A stretch of 64,000 nucleotides of DNA from the human T2T-CHM13v2.0 reference genome, Homo sapiens. A program made the position numbers and the translations under genes. This document shows positions 1-11,750 of the stretch, piece by piece. The notes under the pieces were generated by a model. That model did no database searches. It was not told where the DNA came from and was given only the letters and a program-made list of their open reading frames with translations. The first letter of the stretch is position 1. Each line of letters begins with the position of its first letter. The stretch lies in assembly GCF_009914755.1 (NCBI RefSeq), contig NC_060945.1, one strand, 5' to 3'.

Positions 1-129
1 TAAACCGTAACCTGTAGGACCACTGGGAACCATTGCTTGCCACCGGCCAGAAATCCACTGTTTGGAGGTGTGCGCTGAGAAGGCTATTCATACTTATTGA
101 TACATGCTTTGTTCTTGGCACTATGTTAA

Positions 130-330
130 GTACTGGACACATGCAACAATTTGGAATATCGTTACATTCAACCCTCACAATAGTCTGATGTATATGTTAT
201 TAGTCCCGTATTAGAGATGAGTAAACAAGATTGGAGGAAGAGAAGCACACAGCTGGAACCACACAGGTGGCACTGGGATTGGAAGCAGTTCCATCTCACC
301 CTGGACCACCATTTCTATGCTGTGTCTCCA
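130..330 (-). mobile_element. MIR SINE fragment (degenerate)
   Basis: 'attagtcccgtattagagatgagtaaacaagattggagg...cacacagctgg...tggcactgggattggaagcag' resembles the MIR core. Boundaries approximate. Confidence 0.5.
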
Positions 331-2104
331 CTAGAGGATCCTTTCTTTGGTTCTTCTAAGTCATTAGTCACCAATAATTTATCTCCAAACTGTAGGTTTC
401 ACAGGAAGAGATGCCACTTGAAGCTTCATGGCTTAAAATGGAGATGGAATGTGGAATATGGTGGGAAGCACCGGGAGGAGTTTATTGATAAATTTCAAGT
501 ACTTTGTGGGGCTCTGAAAGGCTGTCTTCAAATTCTTTGTACTACTACCTCTTTCATATTAGTTCAAATGTCATATGGGTATATCTTTTGGGCTAAATTA
601 AGGAAAATCTCCATGAAAAGTAAAAAACAAACAAAAGAACCCCAAAAGAATGGAAAGAGATACTATGAAAAATCAACTCAGATTTCTCAGAGTTTTATTA
701 ACTCAAAGAAGCCTTGGTCCAGTTGGAAGAAGACAGAATTGATTTTGACAATCTCTAGCAAACCCTTTAGCATTCAATGCACTCTAGACCATGAGTATAA
801 AGAAGTTCACTTAATAGGTTCACCAAATTAGTTAGTTTGTGTAGTTCAAAACGAAACAGACACACAGGACTGTGAGGTTTTGACAGGGGCGGAAGGCAAG
901 TCTGGGTCCAGTGAGCTCAGGCAGGCCATGAAGGGGCAGGGCAGGAAAAGGACGGTGCTAGGAGGCTAGGGAACTGGCCACCTCTGTGCTGGCTGAAGAT
1001 GACAAAAATCAACACAGCTTTCTCCAAACGCTGCCCGTGCCTGATGGAATTAAACAGAGCTCTGAGAAAAACAGCACCGGGGCCGAGGATGGGTCCTGAG
1101 CTGCCTACAGTCATCAACATCTTGGCCAGTGGCTATGCATTCAGGGGCAATTTGGCTAGCTTTCTTGATCCACACTAGAAAACTCGCTTTTGAAGTGGTT
1201 TGGAAAGCTCTAAAAGGGACGTGTTTCATGCTATTGGTATTGCTGTCAAAAAGAAAAGATTCTGCTTTTCATCAGCTGTTGATTTTTGCTCTCTGTATTT
1301 CTCTAGCATCTGTTGCTGGTGGCCCTTGTTATGCTAACAAGTAGATAGTGTAGCTGCATAAGCAGAACAGAAAAGACTCTCCTGGATTCTCAGTTCCAGG
1401 CTGGCCTGGGAATAGGCTTAGGGATGTTTCAATGCTTCAATGCAGGTGAGCTGGAGATCTGTGGCAATTCTTTTGACATGAGGCTGGACATTCTTTATAG
1501 CTTCCCCAGACACAGGAATTGGCAGGGCTTGAAAAAGAATCACTGGCAGGAGGTTCATTTTCTTTATTGCTACCTCCCCAGCCATAAAACTAAAAGCTTT
1601 TTACCTAAATCAGGTTAGCCATCTTGTGGGAGTAGGAGATCATTTCTTTCAGTCTTTCCCGATTGCATTCTAGTCCTAGGATGGTTTGAACGGTCCGTTT
1701 GAATTTGAAGAGCTTTCTAGTTGACGCTTCTCATCCCCTCTCCAACCAGTCTTATTTGGTGTCATCTGCCTTTCCCCTTCCTCCCTACCAAACCTCAGAG
1801 TCTTGAAACAAAAATCTTTGTATTGTAAACTTCATCATGCTAATTTCATCACTTCAAACGAACCTTCCCTTGTTTGAGTTTCCTGCAACTGTGTGACTTA
1901 GGGTTGTCGAACTCTTTCAAATACACAGGAAAATGGAAACCTCTTTTGGTGTCTAGTGATTGTATAATAAAACATTTTCAGATGCTAATCACATGCTTTG
2001 TGCTTTGTTAATGAATGAAAAGCTAAGGATATTCTTATTTGAAAGGTTTAAAAATATAATAACTGTCATTATATCTAATTCTGTCTACATTTCTGGTGTG
2101 AAAT

Positions 2105-2295
2105 GAGAAGTCAGGAGCCCTGCCATCTACACAGTGCATGGTTCTACCAGCTATTTCTGTGTCACTTCAAGCAAATCACTTCTTTACTGCCTTTTCTTTC
2201 TTTTTATGTAAAATGTGGATAACTCTCTCTCTCACTGAATTCACAGTGACTGTATTATGTACAACAAAATGTATTGAAAAGCATAAAGCTCTATA
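2105..2295 (+). mobile_element. MIR SINE fragment
   Basis: 'tgtgtcacttcaagcaaatcactt...ttttatgtaaaatgtggataa' is MIR core-like. Confidence 0.5.
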
Positions 2296-2729
2296 ATTAG
2301 GTAGAATGTTTCCTGTGATTTATAAGCTTTTTAAATCCTGGGGCAGTGGAGGAAGTATTCCTCTTACTGTAAAAGGACATCCTTCTAATAATCTCCCTTC
2401 TTTTCCTGACTTTTCAGGGATTCTGTTCCTTGCTTTTCCATTTGTCATCTGCATCTTCAATCTCTCTCCTTCTTGATGCATTCTGTCAGCATTTAAATAT
2501 AAATTTTTCATTTAAAAAATCTTCTATCTTGGAGGAACCTTAACTTTGATGCTGTGTGTCTTTCTAGCTATCCAAGCCATCTCCTCCTTTCTTAGAAAAT
2601 TTTTCTCAAGGATTTTCCACATTTACTATCTCCTTTTGCTCATTTTCTTTTCACTCTTTATTCAGATCAGTTTGGCTTTCACTTTCACCAAGCCTATGAA
2701 ACTTCTTGTGCTAAGGTCACCATATAAGA

Positions 2730-3065
2730 GTGCTAGGGGCTTCCATCACAAGCTGCCACAGATTGAGTGGTTTATCTTCTCACAGCTCTGAAGACTGGAA
2801 ATCCAGGATGGAATGTCAGCAGGTTTGTCTTCTTCTGAGAACTGCTGCCTTGCAGATGCCTCCCTTCCTGCTGTGTCCTCAGGCTGTGTTGACTGTGTCT
2901 CAATCTATTTTTAGATGGACACCTGCCATATTGGTGTAGGGTCCACCCATGTGGCTTCATTTGACCTCACTTACCTCTTTGAATGCCTTCTCTAAATCAG
3001 TACCCTCTGAGGCAGTGGGGATCAGCTCTTCAACATAGGAATCTGGGGGGACACAATTCAGCGCC
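2730..3065 (-). mobile_element. MLT1B-like MaLR solo LTR
   Basis: Reverse complement begins 'gctgaattgtgtccccccagattcctatgttgaag...cctcagag...aaagaggtaagtgaggtcaaatga...gggtggaccctacaccaatatggcaggtgtcc', matching the MLT1B 5' end. Confidence 0.75.
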
Positions 3066-3099
3066 CCCAGAATTGGTGATTCCTAAGCATCATGACACT

Positions 3100-3156
3100 A
3101 TTCTTCTTTCTCTCTTTCTCTTTCTTTCTTTCTTTTTCTTTCTTTCTTTCTTTCGT

Positions 3157-3205
<49 letters not shown>

Positions 3206-3420
3206 TCTCTTTCTTTCCTCTTTCTTTTTTTCTCCCTTCTTTCCTTCCCTCCCTTTCCTTTGCTTTCCTCGCTCTCCCTTCCTTGTTTCCTTCCCTTCCC
3301 TTCCCTTTCCTTTCATTTCCTTTCCTTTCCCTTCCCTTCCCTTCCTTTCCTCGCTCTCCTTTCCTTCTTTCCTTTCCTCACTCTTCCTTCCTTCCTTCTC
3401 TCTCTTTCTCCCTTCCATTT
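3100..3420. repeat. Polypyrimidine compound microsatellite (TTTC)n/(TTCC)n/(TTCCC)n
   Basis: About 320 bp of almost pure C/T, directly visible. Confidence 0.95.
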
Positions 3421-3535
3421 ATTTACTTTTGTTTATATAAAATTTATGGGATACATGTGCAATTTTGTTCCATGCATAGTGGTCAGTTCAAAGCTATTAG
3501 GGTATCCATCACCCAAGTAACATATATTGTACATA
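3421..3535 (-). mobile_element. Old L1 (L1PB/L1MA-type) 3'-end fragment
   Basis: 'atttatgggatacatgtgcaattttgttccatgcatagtggtc...tagggtatccatcaccc' is a typical antisense L1MA/L1PB 3' terminus. Confidence 0.7.
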
Positions 3536-3569
3536 TTATGTAATATATAAGTCCAATGGGGTCTCAGGA

Positions 3570-4480
3570 ACATTCGGTAGAGTAGACCCCTGACCTCTTC
3601 CTCTAGCTTGAAATATTTTCTTATCAGCTTCTCCCTCTTTGCCCAAACTTTAAATGTTGAACTTCCTAAATCCTGGGTCCTCTTCTGTTCTTTTTCCATA
3701 TGAAGCTCGTCCAACCCATGGCCTGTGGGCCACATGTGACCCAGGACAGCTTTGAATGCAACCCAACACAAATTTGTAAACATTCTTCAAGCATTATAAG
3801 ATATTTTATGATTTTTTTTTAGCTCATCAGATATTGTTAATGTTAGTATATTTTGTGTGTGGCCCAAGACAATTCCTCTTCTTCGAATGCAGTCAGGGAA
3901 GCCAAAAGATTGGACAACCCTGCCTACACAGACTCTAGACAAGGTTTTATTAATTTCTATGGCTTTAGATACCATTTATATGCATATGGCTCCTACAGAC
4001 CTCTCCTCCCAAGCTCCAAAACATTATGTGCACCTGCCATCTTGAAATCTCCACTGGGATTTTCACAGGCATTCCTAAAATCAGAATTCAAAACTCTTTA
4101 GTTCTGCCTGCACATCTATGCCACTTCCTCAATCATTTACCTTTTGTTAGTTTATTTCTTCTTCAACCTTACCATTCTTCATAAAAATTATCTCCATTTA
4201 CCCATTTGCTTCTTACAAAAAGCATCATCATCCTTGATGCTTTCTTCTTCCTGCAACCCCCCTAGCATCACAACTTGCAACCAAGTACTGTTATTTCACC
4301 TTCAAAATATGTGCGAAAATTATCCGCTTCTGTCATCCGCATCTTTCACCTCATCTGCAAACATATACTCCTCTTTCCAACTTTTTGCCTCTCCAATACC
4401 TTCTCTATGGCACACCCAGAGGTTCTTCAAAAATTTCAATTAGATCATGTCTCTCCTTCGTTTAAAAATCTTTAATGATT
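3570..4480 (+). mobile_element. L2 LINE fragment (interrupted by MER30)
   Basis: 'atggctttagataccatttatatgc...agacctctcc...cctgccatcttgaaatctccactggga' is L2-like. Confidence 0.6.
3702..3922 (-). mobile_element. MER30 (hAT-Charlie non-autonomous DNA transposon)
   Basis: Near full-length match: 'aagctcgtccaaccc...gggaagccaaaagattggacaaccctg'. Confidence 0.9.
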
Positions 4481-4779
4481 TTCTCTCCACGAAATAATTC
4501 TGCTAGACTGCAAGCTGTAAAGATACAAGGACTAGGTTTGCCTTATTTGTTTCTGTTTCTGCAGAGCCTAGACTTGCATTTAGTAGGAACTTAACACATT
4601 GACCTAGATCTTGTCCACCTTCTCAGCCTCACCTCTCATGGAAGAACTCATAGACCTCAGTACAGTTACTCTTTTCTCAGATCCCTGAGCTGGCCTGGTC
4701 CAGGGCTGCCTTGGCCGTGATGCATTCACTCCTGCTTTGTTGGCTGGTATCTGCTTATATTCTTGCTACTGTAACTGAT

Positions 4780-4918
4780 GTCCAAGGCAGTCACATAGGC
4801 ATCCCTGGGAGCTTGCTAGAGCTCAGGCACCGCCCTAGATTCAATGAATCAGAATCTGCATGTTGACAAGGTCCCCAGGTGTTTCATATGCACATTCAAG
4901 TTTATGGTGCTTTGCTCT
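4780..4918. mobile_element. MER5A (hAT-Charlie) fragment
   Basis: 'tgaatcagaatctgcatgttgacaaggtccccaggtgtttcatatgcacattcaagttt'. Confidence 0.75.
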
Positions 4919-5373
4919 AGATCCCAGGCTGAGTGTTAGTTCTTTAAAGAGACCTTTCCCAACTGGCCAAATCGTATTAGGTCATGTGATGGATTCACCC
5001 ACGCGGTCTGTGATACAGAAGGGAAAAAGAGTTGAGGCCTATTGATCAGAAGCTGCTCACTTTAGAGTTTTACCTAAGGGTGATCCTATCAAAAAGTTCT
5101 GGATTTTGTAGAGAAGCATACAAAGGATGTGAATAGTTTGACTTGAGCAAATTGAAAATTGCCAGTTTTGTTTGCTCTAACCAATATGTTTGCTTTCCCT
5201 CTGAAAATCCCTTGTTACAGGTCCTTAGTTTTAGTTTGCCACATTATGACACAATGGGAATAATGCACGGCAGGGATCCTCAGTTGGTTTGGGTTTTCAA
5301 TACATAATTGATCCATGGTTGTGGCATGCATTGTAGAATGTCCAGCTAGAACACCTATTCTTTCAATTACTTT

Positions 5374-5420
5374 CATTACTTTCAATGGCAAAACCACAAT
5401 TACTTTTGCACTAACCTGAT
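5374..5420. mobile_element. MADE1 (mariner MITE) half element
   Basis: 'cattactttcaatggcaaaaccacaattacttttgcactaacctga' matches one MADE1 TIR. Confidence 0.75.
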
Positions 5421-6309
5421 AGCTTTGCTACAAGTCAGTTGTTCAGTTTCTTTGTTGTTGTTTGTTTTTATTTTTGCAAACACTTTAGATACTGCATAGT
5501 GGATGGATTAGTTTGTGGTTCCTGGGACCTTCTGTGTATTCTGTTGAAGTGCAATAATCACATTACTGCGGACCTCCAAAATTTTACAAAGGACTGCATA
5601 GTGAGTATTCAACCGATAAACTAAACCACAGCTTATTACTGTGAGATGAAAGAAAGCACTCCAATTAAAAGTAAACACTGTTTAAACTTATCTCAATGCA
5701 TTTCTAAAGTGTCATACATTTATTATATTCTCTACTTGTAAAATATTTTGTTGTGTGTATTGCCAAGTATTTCAGGATTTTATGGGTATAATGTATTCTA
5801 TTAATTTAACTGGAAAACTTGTAGTTATTCAACAAGCAAACTAAAAGTGTTGGCAGAGATGTAATTCTAAAGCATGATCCCACGCATTCCTTCAGTATTA
5901 CAGCTGTTCCTTGTTTGTTTAATAATAGAACTGATGAGTAGTTAATTTGAGAGGAAAGCTGGTGCAGGTGTAGTGCTATTTAGATGTCATGGAGGACACA
6001 TGTAACATCTGCAGCTAGCTATATGGTAAAAGCAAAACAGAAGTTAAAATCAGCCCTGTGTCAAATCTGCATAGTTTTAGGCTTCAGGGAGTTTCTCTGT
6101 ATGTTGAGGCAGAAAGTTTAGTAGAATTCCAAGGGAATAAAAGAGGAACCAACATTTGTAGATTTTGCCTTCTGTGGCGGAACTCATTCAATCATCAGGA
6201 GAACACTTCAACAGGTTGTATTTGCTCCAGTTTACCTAGATGAAAAATTGAGACCCAGAATCCATGCTTTTCTTTCCTGGTTACACATTAGAATCACCAA
6301 TGTGGCATT

Positions 6310-6312
<3 letters not shown>

Positions 6313-6346
<34 letters not shown>
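6313..6346. repeat. (CA)n microsatellite
   Basis: About 17 AC units. Confidence 0.95.
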
Positions 6347-6352
<6 letters not shown>

Positions 6353-6397
6353 CCCATTAGGATGGCTACTATCAAAAATAAAAAACAAAAAAATCAG

Positions 6398-6824
<427 letters not shown>

Positions 6825-6970
6825 TCAAATATTTAGACATAGAATTACCATATGATTCAGTAATCCCACTCACATCTATAAATCTCTATATCTATATCTT
6901 TATCTACCTATATCTGTCTTCAAACGAATGGAAAGCAGTTACTCAAATAGATACTTGTACACCTGTGTTC

Positions 6971-7707
6971 TCTCCCCACCCCCCTTTTTTTTCTTTTTAA
7001 TAAATGGGGTCTCACTGTGTTTCCCAGGCCCGAGTGCAGGGGATGTTTATAGGCACGACCCCCTGCTGCGGGGCTGTCCACAGGCATGACCCCCTCCTGC
7101 GGGGCTGTTTATAGGCATGATCCCCCTGCTGCGGAGCTGTCCAGAGGCACGGACTCCTGCTGCGGGGCTGTCCACAGGCACGACCTCCCTACTGCGGGGC
7201 TGTCCACAGACACGACCACCTGCTGAGGGGCTGTCCACAGCCATGACCTCCAGCTGCGGGGCTGTTTACAGGCTTGATCCCCCTGCTGCGGGGCTGTCCA
7301 CAGGCACGGACCCCTGCTGCGGGGCTGTCCACAGGCAAGACCCCCTGCTGAGGGGCTGTCCACAGGCACGATCTCCCTGCTGCGGGGCTGTCCACAGGCA
7401 CGATCTCCCTGTTGCGGGGCTGTCCACAGGCACGATCTCCCTGCTGCTTGGCTGTCCACAGGCATGACCCCCTGCTGGTCAAACTGGAGTTGTGCCCTGC
7501 TTTGTCTCCAACCCAGGCCGGTTCTCCCCTCTTTAGGCAACCTGGTAGTCCCTTATCCCAGGAGGTCACTGTACTAATGTCTAATTTCGTGCAGACATCT
7601 GATCAACACAGCACCCTGCAGCCCAGGACTCCTGGGCTCAAGCGATCTTCCTGCCTCATATGCCTGAGTAGCAGGAACTACAGGCGCATGCCACCACACC
7701 TGCCTGC
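6971..7707 (-). pseudogene. 7SL (SRP) RNA processed pseudogene with an internal tandem-repeat expansion
   Basis: Minus strand has the 7SL S-domain ('gtgacctcctggg...gggactaccaggttgcctaaagaggggagaaccggcc'), Alu-domain ends and an A-rich tail. A 13-bp TSD 'tacacctgtgttc' lies at 6958-6970 and 7708-7720. Confidence 0.92.
7049..7477. repeat. GC-rich minisatellite, ~13.5 copies of a 31-32 bp unit (caggcacgatctccctgctgcggggctgtcca)
   Basis: Units counted directly. Confidence 0.95.
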
Positions 7708-9221
7708 TACACCTGTGTTCATTGCAGCATCACAGCAGCCTTATTTACAGGAACCACAAAGTGGAAACAACCTAAAAAGTCTATTGAGGGATAGATGGAT
7801 AAACAAAATGTGGCATAGACATAAAATGGAATATTAGTGATATTTAAAGAGGGAGGGAATTCTGATACTTGCTACCACATAGATAAAACTTAAAAATATT
7901 ATGCTAAGTGAGACGTCAAACACAGACTACGTGATTCCATCTATATGAAGAACCTGGAACAGGCAAATTAATAGAGACACAAAGTAGAATAGAGGTTTTC
8001 AGGACTGGCAGGAGGTGGAAATGGGCGGGTTTAGTGTCTAATGGGCACAGAGTTCCTGTCTGGGATGATAGAATGTTCCGGAAATGGATAGTGGTGATGA
8101 TTGCATAGCATTGTGAATGTAGCTAATGGCATTGAATTCTTTACCAGAAAACAAAAACAAAAACAGAAACACATTGCTTAAGCTTCCCAGTCAGAAAGGT
8201 GACGTGCTTGGTGTGAGCTGGGGCCTGAGCCCGGGCTGCCCTCGCTAGAGCTGCTTCGAGACCCCTCTTGGTTGTACTTAGGCCTGATTGCTCTGGAGAG
8301 CCCCATACATGAAAGCCAGCTCTGGTTCTATGTCTTCTCACTCCAGTCCTCTCTGCCCCCACCATCTCCCAGCTGGGCATTATGAGAAAAGCAAGATGAC
8401 TATGAGTTTTCTGATTATTTATATGACCAAATAATCTCAAGGACTATTGCTAACTAACCCACGGAACTCCCACTACCTTCATGAGATTCGGACGAGGTGA
8501 AGGGTCCCTAAAATCCTGCCACCTAGTCAGGAACTCAGTTGTCAATAATTTCTTTATTTGTGATACAAGCAGGGGTGGGGAAAGAGAAATGAACAGACTT
8601 GGAAGCTTCTCTGAAGCCCTAGAGAAGACCTCTGGGCTCCGAACACCAGACTCCAGGAGGAAGGAGGGTAGTTGATGACTCCCCACTCTTTCTCCAGACC
8701 CTGCTCCTCTGTTTCTCCCCTTCACCCACTGCAGCTTCCTCAGGTCCTAGGTCCCACGCCATCATCTCTTCGAATCACCTCCCTTCTATCCCTGTTAATA
8801 AAGGAGCATCAGCTAAGTGAACATGGTGATTTGCATTCACTTACATTGATTCAGAAATTGTGTTTAATTCCACACAAGAAAAAGAATGTGGGTCTTTTAC
8901 ACTGGGAAACAAAAGTCGCTATGTATCATCTTAATCATGTTTTCCTGGGATATAATCTATACATGACACCCATTTAAGCCTTCATTGCATCTGTGCACGT
9001 GGTTTGCTTTCCTCTCATGTGAAATAGTGTTGGACCACACGGGTTTGGGCCACAGCCCAGGAAGACACAATCCTGAACGTCATAATCCCAAATGTTGAAG
9101 TCCCAAAAGATCTAAATCTATACAGTCTAAAATCCTGAAAATTACAATCCTAAAAAAACAAAATTCTGAAAATACAATTCTGGAAAAAAGTTATTAACAC
9201 ATTCTTTAAAAAGCATTTATT

Positions 9222-9586
<365 letters not shown>

Positions 9587-10351
9587 CTAGGCCACTTTAC
9601 ACAATCAATAGACAGTAATAACATACATATATTTGCAAGCATAAAACTCAGGTATGCTAACTATAGTCTCAAGGGTATAATGGTGATGAGCAGATGAATT
9701 GTATTTGTAAAGAAATGGGTCAAAAAGCAAAATGTATAAAAGCATGGTTGGTAACTGGGTGCACTCAACTTTATAACTTAGGTCATCTGGAATACTGTGA
9801 CAGACAACCTAATTCTTTTGACCAGATTCATCAAAAGCTGGGATGGGTCACCATCTAATATGCAGTCAAAGAGCTGAGATCCTGAGGAATTTTCTCTTTC
9901 CCAAATGGAAATGTGCAAAATGGATATCTTCTCATTTATTGAGGAAACTTTAATGTTTTTATGTACATGTACAATGCTTACACACAAAGTCAGTCTTGTG
10001 ATAATGCACTCTTGTGGAATCAAATTTGCAAAAAAAAAATGCATAAAACAAATTAGAACTCTCTAAAAGTCTTTGCAAAATTTATACCTCCAGTGTTAGA
10101 AATGATACTAAGATGAAATACATAGCATAGCAAGTTGTAAAAAATAATGCTGACAATTTAAAATAGTGGAAAAAATGGAAAAAGAAACAACTAAAAAGAA
10201 AATTGACATATAAAATGTATATTACATGGATAGATTATGGGCAGTTGCAGAGTTCATCATAGCTGGCTGACTTTCATGATCATTAACTATATTTTGAAGT
10301 CTTGCATCACAATGAATAGTTGCCTTTTTTGTTTTTAGGATTTGACTGTCC

Positions 10352-11272
10352 TCATAAAATACATTCACATTCATTTTCTACGTGGCACTGCTCTTTTTGA
10401 AATTCTTCTATAATTTGATACACACGGACATGAGAATTTCCTATTACATTTTCCAATCTTCTATGCCATTCTTGTCTATCGTTTTGAGTATGTGGAGATC
10501 CATTTTGCAGGCCCTCATATACAGGCCACTCATTTGGCAGAAACAATACTCTTGATTGAACAGCAACACCGTTGCCTAAATGACTTCTTATCCAACCTTG
10601 CACATCATTATTTTCAAACCAGTATGTAATGTTTCTGGCTTCTTCAGGCAATTGTGATTTTAATTTATCAAAAGCTCCTGGAATTTTATCAGGTGGAAGG
10701 AATGCCAATACAGACAAATGACACATTTTTAAACTAAAATTTTCATCATTGCCATATGGCCTGGCCAATCCACTCACCTGAATTTTCTGGCAAATGAGCT
10801 GGGCTGAATGGAAGATATAAACTTTACTGGTATTTACTGGTATTTACTGCAATTCACTTTTAGAAACCTTGATCACACCTAATTAAAAACTTGTCATTAT
10901 AATTTGGGGTTCCAATTGAAATCTATTTTCTTCTGCAAAGCCCTCCAAATAAGCTTTTATAAAGTACTTCACTTTTTCCAGTTATTAAACCATAAACATG
11001 CCGATTAAATTAAAGAATTTTGTAATCCAATGGGGGCATAAACTGTATAAAGTTGATTAAAAAAACCCACTGGGGACAGTTTTGAAAGTGCCATTCATCA
11101 GCCAAAGTGAAACATGCAGCAGTTTTGTTATGTTACACTTAGTGGTGAATTTATCTTTTTTGACAGTCAAATCCCTAATCAAGAATAGTTCATGATTTAA
11201 TATGTCTTGTAGCACTTGAGGAAGCTCTGTGCCAGGAAGTGTCTGGCTCAGAAGGCCACTGAATTTGTCCAA
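10352..11272 (-). pseudogene. Disrupted MULE transposase relic of Ricksha
   Basis: Frameshifted pieces: 'WLMNGTFKTVP' (DGTF motif), 'YIFHSAQLICQKIQ' (CxxH-equivalent), 'LAFLPPDKIPGAFDKLK...WFENN' and 'TQNDRQEWHRR...IIEEFQKEQ'. Confidence 0.8.
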
Positions 11273-11431
11273 CTATTTTTATTATCTGACAAAAGGCATT
11301 TTGTGAAGGCAAGCATTGTACTACATGTAGAAATGCTTGGTACATGATTATATAATTTGGCAGACAAGATTTTTTGTATTTTTTACTTTCATTTTCACTT
11401 CTTCTGTGATATTCAAGACATTCAAAACAGT

Positions 11432-11690
11432 GACAGCAGATCTTCCCCACCTAGTCTGCTCAGACCCACACACTGATCTCTTCTGAGAAAACCATCACAG
11501 ACATACCCAAAATAATGCTTTCCCAGCTTTCCAGGGATTCCTTAATCCAGTCAAGTTGACACCTGAAATTAAGTCTGCAAGTCCACCCCTTGTAGATTTG
11601 GCACCCATGTGGACCTCCTTAAACCATACATAACTTCCAAATAAAAAGAAAACAAAGCAACAGTTGTACCTAACATGATGCAAAGAACGT
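11432..11690 (-). mobile_element. ERVL internal 3' end and MLT2 LTR fragment inside Ricksha
   Basis: 'cacagacatacccaaaataatgcttt...ccttaatccagtcaagttgacacctgaaattaa...aagtccacccc' is the MLT2/ERVL junction. Confidence 0.75.
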
Positions 11691-11750
11691 GGTACAACTC
11701 TCCTGTGATTGTGATTTTCTGGATTTTAGATGTTAAGAATTTAGACTTTA

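Noticed and set aside
217-831. 204-aa ORF
   Set aside because: It begins within a MIR, has no recognisable domain and shows no exon structure.
2983-3543. F/L/S-rich and K/E/R-rich ORFs
   Set aside because: They are translations of the polypyrimidine microsatellite.
7047-7569. SVA VNTR, or Cys/Pro-rich ORFs
   Set aside because: There is no hexamer or SINE-R part. The unit derives from 7SL and the ORFs are repeat artefacts.
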